The position numbers were made by a program, and so were the translations under genes. Shown piece by piece: positions 63,980-64,000 of a stretch of 64,000 bases of DNA. The stretch lies in contig JAIPJN010000001.1 in the NCBI GenBank assembly GCA_021734125.1, positions 26,957 to 90,956 on the forward strand, written 5' to 3'. The stretch is from Patescibacteria group bacterium. Its GTDB lineage: Bacteria; Patescibacteriota; Patescibacteriia; JAGPKW01. A model generated the notes under the pieces. The model worked only from the letters and a program-made list of their open reading frames with translations. It was not told where the DNA came from and did not search any database. The first letter of the stretch is position 1. Every line of letters starts with the position of its first letter.

Positions 63980-64000
63980 TATATTTTTATTATTTTTAGC

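Overview
This is a low-GC, very gene-dense bacterial chromosomal segment with the standard genetic code (long ORFs such as uvrA, leuS and polA are intact). It has short intergenic gaps and many ATGA-type overlaps, and most genes lie on the minus strand. The gene content and style suggest a Candidate Phyla Radiation / Patescibacteria-like genome; this is an inference, not something the window proves. The relevant signs are small housekeeping genes, a PilB/GspE ATPase, little biosynthesis, a 23S-5S rRNA pair with no adjacent 16S, and an orphan tRNA-Ile/tRNA-Ala pair of the type normally found in a 16S-23S spacer. Confidently recognisable content: mfd (3' part), a TrmH-family methylase, ppsA, trxB, trxA, valS, uvrA, nth, rpsT, ychF, dgkA, galU, a family-4 uracil-DNA glycosylase, an ABC ATPase/permease/GldG-like trio, folC, rlmH, lspA, a DksA-like protein, rpsO-pnp, hup, cysS, ruvB, a VanW-like protein, a two-component pair (hybrid histidine kinase plus CheY-like regulator), a holA-like gene, polA, pilB/gspE, dnaA with upstream DnaA-box-like motifs, divergent rpmF (missed by the ORF track), a nusB-like gene, rnc, 5S and 23S rRNA (minus strand), recQ, an O-methyltransferase, leuS, and 2-oxoacid:ferredoxin oxidoreductase beta and alpha subunits. 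The most unusual items are: (1) a family of at least 8 GC-rich perfect 20-nt palindromes, mostly with a conserved CCCCTACA tail, always in the same orientation, always just downstream of minus-strand genes, with compensatory changes in the palindrome centre and tandem copies at three loci; (2) a tRNA-Ile with anticodon UAU instead of GAU, paired with tRNA-Ala(UGC) and far from any rRNA; (3) a LeuRS carrying an extra domain of about 120-130 aa with a Pol-beta-type nucleotidyltransferase motif; (4) a 127-nt near-perfect hairpin whose two stem mismatches are G·U-compatible only on the plus strand, located in the largest non-coding gap; (5) an NrnA-like DHH protein with both catalytic motifs mutated; (6) a ~140-nt expansion segment in 23S domain I. 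I found no CRISPR array, transposase, integrase or obvious prophage or defence island.
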